A stretch of 64,000 nucleotides of DNA, taken from positions 4,146 to 68,145 of the IMG/VR virus record IMGVR_UViG_3300025133_009964; one strand, written 5' to 3'. Position 1 is the first letter of the stretch; each line of letters opens with the position of its first letter. Below, piece by piece: positions 1 to 9,449 of this stretch. Under the pieces are notes generated by a model. That model was not told the origin of the DNA. It searched no databases and saw only the letters and a list, made by a program, of their open reading frames with translations. The position numbers were made by a program, and so were the translations under genes. Source of the DNA: a virus.

Positions 1-2
1 CA

Positions 3-131
3 GATAATGATAGAATTACCAGAATAGAAATTGATATTACAGAACTACGAAGAAATATTGATAAAATCGAGTCAGATAGTCGAGAAATTTTACGAATCGT
101 AGGAAGGTTAGAGGGACTAATTGATAAATGA
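3..131 (+). CDS. 3' end of a coiled-coil hypothetical protein (truncated by the window start)
   Basis: Open frame DNDRITRIEIDITELRRNIDKIESDSREILRIVGRLEGLIDK*; its TGA overlaps the next ATG (ATGA at 128-131). Confidence 0.6.
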   Translation, partial: DNDRITRIEIDITELRRNIDKIESDSREILRIVGRLEGLIDK

Positions 132-2041
132 GAAAAAAGCACATACTGCCTGGCACGTTATTAGCAATATTGCTGGGAATGTGTCTAACAGTATGTAGCG
201 ACTCAAATAATCCCGGGATGACCCTGGCACAAGACGTTAGCGAAGATAGTGAAGAAGAAGATGTTAATAATGGACCAGATATTGTTCCTTGGGTAATTGA
301 AGATCCGGAACCTGATCCGGAATGTATTGAATGTGCAATGTATTTTTGTCCTCCATTAGATGCGATATGGAGAAAAGAAATATGTATGAATATTTGCGAT
401 GACCCTCCAACACTTTATTCTGAATCTGAATGTATACAGTATATGGAATGTGATCCAACGCAGTATCTTATTGATGAAGTCGAATGTGTGACAGAAGACG
501 GGTATCCTGGTACTCAGGAAAAAGTCTGTAATAAAGGATTAATCCAATATACAGATTGTACTACGGCCTGTGAAGAAGAATTATGCAATTATGAAGATGA
601 TGACTGCGACGGTGAAATTGATGAAGGACAGCTGAATGATTGTGGTGAATGTGGTATAATTCCCTCAGAAGAATGTAATGGTATTGATGATAATTGTGAC
701 GGGGATACAGATGAAGATTTAATTCAGCCTTGTGCTACAGCTTGTGGCGCTGGATATGAAATGTGTTATGAGGGCAAATGGATATCTTGTACTGCTCCTC
801 CAAAAAATGATGAAATATGTGACGGTTTAGATAATGATTGTGACGGCCAGATAGATGAAGGATTAGAGTGCGTCTGCACTATACAAGACATTGGTGTTTT
901 ATTCCCTTGTCAAGATGATCCTCTTATTTGTGGGCAAGGCTACAAGACTTGTCAATGTTTAGATCCTGATTGTATAAATCTAGCGATGACAGAATGTTAT
1001 GCTTTGTGTTATTGGGCGCCTTCTGGCGATCCAAATGCTATTTGTGATCCTCTTATTGGTATGGAATTAAGTCAAGAAAAATGTAATAATTTTGATGACA
1101 ATTGTAACCAAGAGATTGATGAAGATCTTTTTGGAGCATGCTATACCGGCCCAGAAGGTACTCTTTTAGTTGGTATATGTATACCCGGAGAAATGACCTG
1201 TGATGCAGGAACTTGGGGTAGCTATGATGAAAGCGAAGTTTTCGTCCCCTACTATTGCAAGGGTGAAATAGTCCCACAAGAAGAAATTTGTAATGGCCTC
1301 GACGATGATTGCGATGGTATAGCAGATTGGGGCGAAGAGATGAAAGAGACAGATGTGCTCTTTATTGTCGACTGGTCTGGTTCGATGGGCGACGAAATGA
1401 GTGCTGTAATGATAGCATTAAATCAGTTTGCACAAAATTTCAGTGATGAAGATGTTATTAAGTGGGCATTTATGAGAGGCCCAGTAGCTGTGTTACCTTC
1501 AACTTATGATGAACGTTTGGAACTAGTACAAGATTTAATTGGATTTTCCGATTACTTAGTTTCATTAGCCGGTATGGATACTAGCATGCAATCGATGAGC
1601 ACTGCCTATGAGATGCTGTTGGATGCGATTTATATATCAGTTCAAAATATAACGGCTACACTACCACAACCTATTTCTAGTTTTGTTTGGCCCGGGACAG
1701 CCAACTTTGGTACAAGTGTGGTCGAATCGGAACCTCCATTACAAAATTTTGATATTAGCTGGCGCTCCGGAGCCGATCGTATAATTATTGTTTTTAGTGA
1801 TGAAGTACCTCAAAGTTATTTAGAGCCAAACTTGAGTATAGAAAATGTAAAAACAGCTGTTTCTGGTACGCCACAGCTTAAATTATTTACATTTTCTAGA
1901 ACAGCCGGCTCATCGCAGTGGGAAGATATAGCTGTTGCCGGCAACGGCGCTTGGTATAAATTAACAAATAATCCCACAGAAATGTACGCTAGCTTGATGG
2001 AGATTCTAGATGAGATATGCAAAGGTGGGACAGATGAATGA
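128..2041 (+). CDS. Secreted Cys/Asp-rich repeat protein (MopE-related putative metal-binding repeats) with a C-terminal VWA domain
   Basis: Hydrophobic signal peptide; five repeats of the E.C(D/N)xxDxxCxGxxD type; VWA MIDAS-like DVLFIVDWSGSM and IIVFSDE. Confidence 0.8.
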   Translation: MRKKHILPGTLLAILLGMCLTVCSDSNNPGMTLAQDVSEDSEEEDVNNGPDIVPWVIEDPEPDPECIECAMYFCPPLDAIWRKEICMNICDDPPTLYSESECIQYMECDPTQYLIDEVECVTEDGYPGTQEKVCNKGLIQYTDCTTACEEELCNYEDDDCDGEIDEGQLNDCGECGIIPSEECNGIDDNCDGDTDEDLIQPCATACGAGYEMCYEGKWISCTAPPKNDEICDGLDNDCDGQIDEGLECVCTIQDIGVLFPCQDDPLICGQGYKTCQCLDPDCINLAMTECYALCYWAPSGDPNAICDPLIGMELSQEKCNNFDDNCNQEIDEDLFGACYTGPEGTLLVGICIPGEMTCDAGTWGSYDESEVFVPYYCKGEIVPQEEICNGLDDDCDGIADWGEEMKETDVLFIVDWSGSMGDEMSAVMIALNQFAQNFSDEDVIKWAFMRGPVAVLPSTYDERLELVQDLIGFSDYLVSLAGMDTSMQSMSTAYEMLLDAIYISVQNITATLPQPISSFVWPGTANFGTSVVESEPPLQNFDISWRSGADRIIIVFSDEVPQSYLEPNLSIENVKTAVSGTPQLKLFTFSRTAGSSQWEDIAVAGNGAWYKLTNNPTEMYASLMEILDEICKGGTDE

Positions 2042-2646
2042 TAAAAAAACTTGCCATTTTTTTAATCGTGATATTGTGCAGTATCACCTGCAACAGCCAT
2101 AACTCAACTATTTTTCTCAACAATGATTATAGAGTAGTTTATAAAAGAGCGCAGTGCAAACCAGCTGATAATTTTCCTCAAATGATTATAATTCCTTATT
2201 TTAGTGAAGCAACTCAAATAGTACCAAATTGTAAAACCTATCCAGTACATAAAACTACATTTGCTTTATTTGTTTTTTATCATCAATGGTTAGAATATTT
2301 TGAAGATAAAAATATGGCAGTCAGAGGAATGCTTGAAAAAGTAATGATTCAATGGGATACCGAAAAGCGCACTAGTGGAAAAGGATATGATATACACGGC
2401 GATCGTTATGAAGATCGCAATATCATAGGCTTAGTAGAAACAAATAACATTATATGGGTTTGGCAAGGATACAATCATAGAATTTCTGAAAGCGCTTTAA
2501 TTCATGAATTGGTTCATTTGGCTCTGCGCGCCAAAAATGGTACCGCAGACCCCGACCACGAAGGTCCTAAATATCGTGGCTGGACTAAAATTCACACACA
2601 TATGATAGTAGAAACAAAACAAATGTTACGCGCGTTTGAATTATAA
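2038..2646 (+). CDS. Secreted or lipoprotein zincin-like metallopeptidase
   Basis: N-terminal signal with Cys; ALIHELVH motif followed by DPDH. Confidence 0.6.
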   Translation: MIKKLAIFLIVILCSITCNSHNSTIFLNNDYRVVYKRAQCKPADNFPQMIIIPYFSEATQIVPNCKTYPVHKTTFALFVFYHQWLEYFEDKNMAVRGMLEKVMIQWDTEKRTSGKGYDIHGDRYEDRNIIGLVETNNIIWVWQGYNHRISESALIHELVHLALRAKNGTADPDHEGPKYRGWTKIHTHMIVETKQMLRAFEL

Positions 2647-2659
2647 ACTATTTATATTT

Positions 2660-3082
2660 ATGAATATTTTGTTTGAGCGATGGCGCGCCTATTTATTAAC
2701 AGAGAATAATATGGATACAGATCAGGTATCAAAAGTCGTTCTTCATGATAAGGAAAACAAAATTTTATTATTGAAAAGTGATATGGGAGACTTTAAAGGA
2801 GAATGGGATTTACCGGGTGGACATATCCATAGCGATGAGACCGACGTAGAGGGTCTTTTAAGAGAAGTTAAGGAAGAGACAGGGCTAGATATAAATAATC
2901 CACAAAAGGTCTTTAAAGAGCAGAGAATCACCTATTTTAAAGCTTCTATGCCGTCGGCCAAGATTACATTAAGCCACGAACATTCTGGCTATGATTTTTT
3001 TGAACTTGGTGAAACTCAAAAAGATAATTTCGAAACTTCGAAAAAATTTAAAAAAGCAATTAAAAAAGCAATGAAAATATAG
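2660..3082 (+). CDS. Nudix hydrolase with the shared N-terminal leader (MNILFERWRAYLLTE)
   Basis: Nudix box GGHIHSDETDVEGLLREVKEETGL; start moved to ATG 2660, where the leader begins. Confidence 0.85.
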   Translation: MNILFERWRAYLLTENNMDTDQVSKVVLHDKENKILLLKSDMGDFKGEWDLPGGHIHSDETDVEGLLREVKEETGLDINNPQKVFKEQRITYFKASMPSAKITLSHEHSGYDFFELGETQKDNFETSKKFKKAIKKAMKI

Positions 3083-3091
3083 AGGAAAAAA

Positions 3092-3589
3092 ATGAAACTA
3101 TTACTTGAAAACTGGCGAAAGTATTTGACCGAGGCTATAGGGGCTGATGAAAATCCAGATCTATCTCAAGATCCTGAAGCTTTTCAAACTGCTAAAAAAC
3201 CTATTCCTCTTGATTTTAGATATGCTGAAGAGGGCGAAATAATATACACTCGGGAAAGTCCAGCACCTAAAGGTGTTACTGTCCCTCCCGGCGGCGCAGC
3301 CGTTATGACAGGTACTAGGGGCGAAGAATGGCCTATTCCTCTAGAGCACCCCAAGGATCCTGCGAAAAGTTTTGGAAATACGTATGATATTTTGGAACCC
3401 GGGAAGGCATCAAAGAAAAACATACCAGTTTTTGCTAAAGAAATGCAACAGCCATTTCAAGTAAAAGTTTCTTGGTCTCCCGATTTGTTACAAGGCGAAG
3501 CAGGAGATATCTTGGTGCAATATGGCCCGGGAGATTATGGTGTTGTTGGAGCAGAAATATTTGGAGAAACATATGAAACTATTACTTGA
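3092..3589 (+). CDS. PGDYG-domain protein with the shared leader
   Basis: MKLLLENWRKYLTE leader; GTRGEEWPI and QYGPGDYGVV motifs; GAGG RBS. Confidence 0.8.
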   Translation: MKLLLENWRKYLTEAIGADENPDLSQDPEAFQTAKKPIPLDFRYAEEGEIIYTRESPAPKGVTVPPGGAAVMTGTRGEEWPIPLEHPKDPAKSFGNTYDILEPGKASKKNIPVFAKEMQQPFQVKVSWSPDLLQGEAGDILVQYGPGDYGVVGAEIFGETYETIT

Positions 3590-4217
3590 AAACTGGCGAC
3601 AGTATTTGGAAGAACAAAATACGCCAGTTGCCCAAAATTATTCGTCTGTTAATATTGATAATGATGCTGTACAGCTTTTATTATCTAAAGCAAAAGAACA
3701 TGTCGGTGAAATTCCGGAAGGTTTTAAAGATAAAGAAGGTAAATGGCCGCACCATATGACAATCAATATGGGCCCTTTGTTACAAGGCTGGGAAGAAGGA
3801 AGTGAGCTAGTTTTGGAAATTGATGGATGGGGTATTATTAATGATGAATCCGGACAAGCCATGGCCTTCCGTGTAAATAAGACAAAATTGCCGGCTCCAA
3901 CTAAAAATGCAGCTCCTCATATTACAACATTGGTTGGTCCTGGCGGAAAACCATTTCATTCTAATAAGATTGTAAATTGGGAGCCCATTGAGTCTTTTGG
4001 CGTCAAAGGTACAGTAGTGGCCGCTGCACAGCAAAAGAAAAAAGAAAAACCTAAAAAACAACAGAAGCCACAAGGTCAAGCTAATCCTGTTGAATTTGCT
4101 AAAAGTTTAGCGGCCCGCGGGCTACCGGCAGATAAGATTAAAAATATTATAATGAACAAATTTAATAAACCAGAAGCAGCTGCTTTGGGAATTATGAGAG
4201 GAGCAGGGATACAATGA
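3573..4217 (+). CDS. 2H phosphoesterase (cyclic phosphodiesterase-like) with the shared leader
   Basis: Leader MKLLLENWRQYLEE from ATG 3573; two HxT motifs (HHMTINMG, PHITT), as in tRNA-ligase CPDase-type 2H enzymes. Confidence 0.7.
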   Translation: MKLLLENWRQYLEEQNTPVAQNYSSVNIDNDAVQLLLSKAKEHVGEIPEGFKDKEGKWPHHMTINMGPLLQGWEEGSELVLEIDGWGIINDESGQAMAFRVNKTKLPAPTKNAAPHITTLVGPGGKPFHSNKIVNWEPIESFGVKGTVVAAAQQKKKEKPKKQQKPQGQANPVEFAKSLAARGLPADKIKNIIMNKFNKPEAAALGIMRGAGIQ

Positions 4218-4906
4218 AACTATTACTTGAAAATTGGAGAAAATATTTAACCGAAGGGGAACAAAATAAAAAAATCTTTGTTTTAGTCGGCCCGCCGTCA
4301 ATTGGCAAATCAACTTGGATAAAAAATACGTTTGAAGAAACACCCTACATTATTAATAGAGATGATATTGCAGAAAGTGTTGCTTCTGAATATGGATGGA
4401 CATACGATGATATGTTTTCTTCTCCACCGCCAGGCTCCACAGTGGGTGAAAAAGATTCAAAATATGGCAAAGTAATTGAATCGCCTTCTTGGATGACTTG
4501 GCAGCCTCTTTCTTTTGATAAGGTCATAGAAGCCAACAATAAAGTACAGGATCTTTTTTCACAAAAAGTCGCCGGCGCAGTACCAAGTGGCTTGGATATT
4601 GTTATCGATATGACAAATATGAATTCTGGTGCGCGAGCTAGAGCTTTGGAATCTGTTGAAGGTCGAGAAGAAGAATATGAAAAGATAGCTGTTGATTTTA
4701 AATTTGAAGGTGCTGAAGAATTAATTAAAAAGGTTGCTCATAATAGAACAGAAACTGCAAAGAGAATGGGTAAAAGTAAAACAATACCGCCGGCCGCATT
4801 TGATAGAATGTTTAAAGCTTATGAAAAACCTTCGCCGGCGGAAGGTTTTGATCAAATAGTGGATGTTGATAATCGAGATTTATTAAAAGACTTGGCAAAT
4901 TCCTAG
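4214..4906 (+). CDS. P-loop kinase (AAA_33/polynucleotide kinase-like) with the shared leader
   Basis: Leader; Walker A GPPSIGKST; INRDD; IVIDMTN; C-terminal PSPAEGFD. Confidence 0.8.
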   Translation: MKLLLENWRKYLTEGEQNKKIFVLVGPPSIGKSTWIKNTFEETPYIINRDDIAESVASEYGWTYDDMFSSPPPGSTVGEKDSKYGKVIESPSWMTWQPLSFDKVIEANNKVQDLFSQKVAGAVPSGLDIVIDMTNMNSGARARALESVEGREEEYEKIAVDFKFEGAEELIKKVAHNRTETAKRMGKSKTIPPAAFDRMFKAYEKPSPAEGFDQIVDVDNRDLLKDLANS

Positions 4907-4915
4907 AGGAAACAA

Positions 4916-6196
4916 ATGATACATATACAAGAAAATTGGCGAACTTTTTTAAATGAAGCAGAATTAAAACATTCAGAAGCCGCGGCCAATGCGATATATA
5001 AAATTGCTGTTAATGCAAAAAATAGTGATAAAGAACACAAAGAAATTATAAAAATTCCATCTAGCGAAATTTATTATCTCGATAATAATCTGATCAAAAC
5101 TGGTGCTATACTGGTATATTATGGAAACATAAAAAATGAAGATTTTAAAAAAATAGCAAAACCTATTATAAATTATTGGGATGCAGAGACAAATGCTTTT
5201 AAATCTGACTGGGTAGATAATATATTAAAAAATTATTCCTTTCCTCTTTTAGTAGAAATAGGTAAATTTGATTTTCTAGGAAGAGCAGCTACGGCTATGA
5301 TTACTGGCAAACCAGATCATTTAATTGTACAGCTAAATCCATGGTCTCCAATGTTAAAGAATGATGATCAATTAAAAGACACTATTAGACATGAACTACA
5401 GCATATAACTCAAAAAGTAAATGGCTTGTCATTGAGTTATGGAAAACAAATAGTTAAAAATAAAGGAGATATTACGAATATTGAACCTTTAGATTTAAAA
5501 GATCAAAAATCATTTGGAGAATTTGGCGTTGGTAAAGAAAAAACTGGTCTAAGACAAGGTGCAACAAGCGATAAAGATGCACAGGCCGCCGCCCCTGAAC
5601 CCGGCGAACCGGTCGATCGATCGAGCGAGGATTGGACCTGGAGAGTTTGGAGAGAGAAAAAATATCTTGGAGATGATTTTGAATATGAAACTTGGTTGTC
5701 TGATATATTATCTGATTATGTTAGGTGGATTTTTAATAATGAAAACTTAAAAGATCCTTTAAAGAAAAATCATTTAGTTTTTGCCGGCTTCAAAGAAGCA
5801 TATTCAAATATTTTGATGGAAACCAAAGATGTATCTGAGGGAGTTCTTGATTTTCTCAAGAGAAAGAGAAAAAAGAAATCAAAAGAAAAATCGTCGAAAG
5901 AACCAGCTGGAATGTCAGACAGAAAAAAAATTATTGGATTTGCAAAAGAAATGAATATGAATCCAAGAAAATATATAAATTTTTATAAGAAAAAGCTTTC
6001 GTATAATCAACTAGCTGTAAAATATACTAAAATGCTAATTAGCAATGATGCAATTATAAAACAATTTGATGAAAAAGCAGCGCCAGAAGGAATAGAATAT
6101 TCAAAAGCAATTAAGATACTTTTAGAATTAAGACCAAAAGAATTCCCAGCTGATTTTGTAAAAAATTTAGAAATTCGTTTACGTAAAATAAAATAA
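4916..6196 (+). CDS. Zincin-like metalloprotease with a variant leader (MIHIQENWRTFLNE)
   Basis: IRHELQH motif and downstream FEYE; internal LME..SEGVLD acidic linker. Confidence 0.65.
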   Translation: MIHIQENWRTFLNEAELKHSEAAANAIYKIAVNAKNSDKEHKEIIKIPSSEIYYLDNNLIKTGAILVYYGNIKNEDFKKIAKPIINYWDAETNAFKSDWVDNILKNYSFPLLVEIGKFDFLGRAATAMITGKPDHLIVQLNPWSPMLKNDDQLKDTIRHELQHITQKVNGLSLSYGKQIVKNKGDITNIEPLDLKDQKSFGEFGVGKEKTGLRQGATSDKDAQAAAPEPGEPVDRSSEDWTWRVWREKKYLGDDFEYETWLSDILSDYVRWIFNNENLKDPLKKNHLVFAGFKEAYSNILMETKDVSEGVLDFLKRKRKKKSKEKSSKEPAGMSDRKKIIGFAKEMNMNPRKYINFYKKKLSYNQLAVKYTKMLISNDAIIKQFDEKAAPEGIEYSKAIKILLELRPKEFPADFVKNLEIRLRKIK

Positions 6197-6207
6197 GGAA
6201 ATAAAGA

Positions 6208-6768
6208 ATGGGATCGAAATTTGGAGACTCTGGTGATGACACCTTAATAGATGGTGATGATGATATTATTCTCGATGCTGCCGGTAACAATATATATTTT
6301 GATGCCGCCGGAACTAGAGTTATGAGTATAATGAATATTAGCAGCGACGTTTATCTCCAGCCAACTGTCTCAAACAAAGACCTTTGTTTAGCGACTCAGG
6401 GAGATAACACCGTTCTTACAGTCGATTCTAGTGATAGCGCCCTTAAGATTAATAGAAATTTTGGCTTGACAGTCAACACCCTGATGAATTCTTCTGCTGC
6501 GCTAAGTGCGACTGCGCCATTTAACAAAATGGTTAATACAACAGGCAGCGATATTACTGGCACGTTACCAGATCCCACATTTGAAGGCCAGGTACAGATA
6601 ATTCTTGGTGTACAAACTAGTTCCGGCAACAATATAGTTTCATATAAGAATGCAGCCGATGGTACCACATCAAAAACCTTAACAAACGGCACCGCGATAA
6701 CATTAATTTCATTTGATGCCACCGGTGGTGGCGCATATCGGTGGTGTCCAGTAGGAGACGTCAGCTAA
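6208..6768 (+). CDS. Beta-rich virion/fibre-like hypothetical protein (no leader)
   Basis: G/S/T/D-rich; DIILDAAGNNIYF-type beta repeats; AAGGA RBS. Confidence 0.55.
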   Translation: MGSKFGDSGDDTLIDGDDDIILDAAGNNIYFDAAGTRVMSIMNISSDVYLQPTVSNKDLCLATQGDNTVLTVDSSDSALKINRNFGLTVNTLMNSSAALSATAPFNKMVNTTGSDITGTLPDPTFEGQVQIILGVQTSSGNNIVSYKNAADGTTSKTLTNGTAITLISFDATGGGAYRWCPVGDVS

Positions 6769-7976
6769 TGAAGCTCATAATCGAAAATTGGCGAAAATTC
6801 CTAAATGAAGAGATCACAGATGATATTCTTGATACCATAGCAGATCTTGAAAAGCGTAAAAAAGCAGCACAAGCCGGCTCAAAAACCTGGCAACCAACTG
6901 GTGACGAGACAGACTGGAAAAAATTCAAGCAATGGCGTGATTTTACCCGGGCACACGAAGCCGGCGTGGCTAGCAGCGGCACCGGGCCGTACGACGACGC
7001 GCAGCCGCCAGAACAGCCAGAAGATTTTGAAAAAGCTGTTAAACAAAAAAGTTCACAAAAATATGAAGATATTTTACAATATAATTGTGAAATATTTAGA
7101 AAAGATCTGCGCCGGCTCTTTCATCATTCAATATCTTGTGATGATTTGAAAAATGCTACGCAAGGGCTGAACCCGGGTAAAGGCTCCCCAAGTCAAATAT
7201 TTAGTAATTCTAGATATGTAAAAATAATCGGAACTGGAGGCTTCGGGGTTGCAGCATTGTTTGAAAACGACCATATAGTTAAAATATTTCACGGAGGTGT
7301 CGGCGCCCGGCGAGAAGATCCATTAAAGGGTGAATTAGAAGGTTATCAAGCCCTTTTAGATTCGCAACTTGCAGGAGTTGCTAAATCATATGACCTGGCG
7401 GTATATGAATTTGGTACCATCCCCACCCACCCGGGCTTTGTTGGATACGCAGAAATAGGCAAAGTAATTCCATTTGGAAATTGGTCTAGCGATAATTTTG
7501 ATATGGACGTCCAAGAGGATATTGAAATTTTTTTATGGTCTGATTTAGCCGTCGGGTTGGAAGCTGCCTGGCGCGCAGATAAGGTTAAAACATTTGATCA
7601 GGTTGATGGTGGTGCAAAAGAATATATAGATTATATAATGAACGGGGATCCAAAAAAAGAAAAATATCCTACAGCTGGAGGGCCCTGGGAAGGAATAAAA
7701 GCCGGCGGCTTAAATAACGTTAGCACAAGTGTACATAATTATGGCTGGAGATCGAATCACAAAGATGACCCGGGCTATTATGAAATGCCACCAATTCCGC
7801 CGGCACTTCATCGCGGCAAGGGTAAGAAATTTCTTCATTCTTTATTGACTGCAGTCTATAGAGCTTCGAAACTAAATGGAGGCATATATCTTTATGGGCC
7901 CCAAACAAGTGATATACATGAAGGAAACTTTGGAATTTCTTATCAAACAGGCGAAGTTATAATCTTCGATAGGTAA
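6768..7976 (+). CDS. Protein kinase-like (ePK/APH fold) protein with the shared leader
   Basis: Leader MKLIIENWRKFLNE; Gly loop IGTGGFGVA; VKIF; catalytic loop DIHEGN; Mg-binding IFD at the C-terminus. Confidence 0.7.
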   Translation: MKLIIENWRKFLNEEITDDILDTIADLEKRKKAAQAGSKTWQPTGDETDWKKFKQWRDFTRAHEAGVASSGTGPYDDAQPPEQPEDFEKAVKQKSSQKYEDILQYNCEIFRKDLRRLFHHSISCDDLKNATQGLNPGKGSPSQIFSNSRYVKIIGTGGFGVAALFENDHIVKIFHGGVGARREDPLKGELEGYQALLDSQLAGVAKSYDLAVYEFGTIPTHPGFVGYAEIGKVIPFGNWSSDNFDMDVQEDIEIFLWSDLAVGLEAAWRADKVKTFDQVDGGAKEYIDYIMNGDPKKEKYPTAGGPWEGIKAGGLNNVSTSVHNYGWRSNHKDDPGYYEMPPIPPALHRGKGKKFLHSLLTAVYRASKLNGGIYLYGPQTSDIHEGNFGISYQTGEVIIFDR

Positions 7977-7984
7977 TTATTAAT

Positions 7985-8836
7985 ATGAAACTTATAATGG
8001 AAAATTGGCGCGGCTATCAAGAAAAAGTACTCTTACAAGAAGGTGTAGTTGATTACATAAAATCTGGCTTTGAAAAACTTGTTAACATGCCTAATAAATT
8101 TGATCAGCTCGTACAAGCAATCAAGCAAGAATTTGAAAATACTTATATTGAAAAATTGAATATTTTAGCCCAATCTGATCAAATGCAAGAAATTGGAAAA
8201 GATGTTGCTGATAAGATTATGCAAAATTCTGATATGGAAACGCTGAAAGAAGAGTGGACATCAGATTCCTCTACAAGGCAATTCTCGTTAGAAGACTTAG
8301 CACAAATGGGTGTTGGAAAAGAAACTATTGAGTTAGTTGCTCATACTGTCACAGATACCGGCGCAGAAGCTCTTATAAAATCTGCAGAAAATATCGTAGG
8401 CAAGGCATTGCCGCCTAATATTAAAGATTGGCTAGTAAGGTTTGCTTCAAAATTTGTAGGTAAATTTGTTTTTGGCTTTATTGATAATTTTATAATGGTT
8501 TTAGCAGGAAGCTTCATAGATACACAATTTGCGGGACTAAGTGCCTCACTAGTTAGTGCTGCAAATGCAGGACTTATGTCAGCCGGCTTTGGGAATACTG
8601 TCTCTGATGCTATAGGGGAATTGGCCGGCCAGAAAATCGAAGATGTACTAAAAGATATGGGTTTGGATCCTAAAGATGTAACAGACGAACAAGTTGCTGC
8701 TGGGCCAAAATGGATGAGATTTTTAGACAAGAATGCCAGTGTTATTGGAATTATTTTAGGGTGCTTTGCTGGACTATTTCCATTATTCTTTTTTACGCTG
8801 GGGGAAGAGAAAGAAAAAAATGAAACTATTATTTGA
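7985..8836 (+). CDS. TMEM65-like membrane protein with the shared leader
   Basis: Leader MKLIMENWRGYQE; FGFIDNFIMVLAGSFID, AGFGNTVSDAIG and IGIILGCFAGLFPL resemble the TMEM65 signature. Confidence 0.7.
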   Translation: MKLIMENWRGYQEKVLLQEGVVDYIKSGFEKLVNMPNKFDQLVQAIKQEFENTYIEKLNILAQSDQMQEIGKDVADKIMQNSDMETLKEEWTSDSSTRQFSLEDLAQMGVGKETIELVAHTVTDTGAEALIKSAENIVGKALPPNIKDWLVRFASKFVGKFVFGFIDNFIMVLAGSFIDTQFAGLSASLVSAANAGLMSAGFGNTVSDAIGELAGQKIEDVLKDMGLDPKDVTDEQVAAGPKWMRFLDKNASVIGIILGCFAGLFPLFFFTLGEEKEKNETII

Positions 8837-9449
8837 AAATTGGCGAAAATATCTGATGGAAGGTTTGGAAGAGCTTAAGCATATTTCTGCAAAACCGTGG
8901 GCCGCGGCCGAAGCAAAAAACGAATGGGGTGAAGAAATAAAAACTTCTTTAGATAACGGCGATGAATATATTGGTCAACGTTGGCCTGATTTAAATAAAC
9001 AAGTTATAGAAGAAAAATATCCGTTTATGCTTTCTGCAGAAGATTTTGCAGAAGTTTTATCAAAAGCACCAATAAAAAATCTTTCGCCATCCCAAATGAA
9101 AGATATTCATAATCACGCCCAAGTATATAATATTATTGAAATGTATGAGAAGGATAAAAGCCCTGAAGAAGTTGAAAAGGAAATGTTTGAATTCTTTAAA
9201 GGACATACTACAGATCCGGATGCTGCTGGAAAAACGTATCCCAAGGAATCAAGCTATAAAAGGTGGGTGGATGAATTTGCTAAATCGGATGTGTCAGATA
9301 AACCACCAATAGTTTTAGAATTACCAGATGGAAAATTAGCACACATTGGCGGCCAAACACGACAAACTGGCGCTTTAACAAATAAAAAAATTATTCCATA
9401 TGCCGTTATTTCGCCAGTGCAAGGAGAGAAAGATGAAACTCCTACTTGA
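8820..9449 (+). CDS. ParB/Srx-like domain protein with the shared leader
   Basis: Leader MKLLFENWRKYLME from ATG 8820; PPIVLELPDGKLAHIGGQTR resembles the ParB/Srx PIV...GxxR motif. Confidence 0.55.
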   Translation: MKLLFENWRKYLMEGLEELKHISAKPWAAAEAKNEWGEEIKTSLDNGDEYIGQRWPDLNKQVIEEKYPFMLSAEDFAEVLSKAPIKNLSPSQMKDIHNHAQVYNIIEMYEKDKSPEEVEKEMFEFFKGHTTDPDAAGKTYPKESSYKRWVDEFAKSDVSDKPPIVLELPDGKLAHIGGQTRQTGALTNKKIIPYAVISPVQGEKDETPT

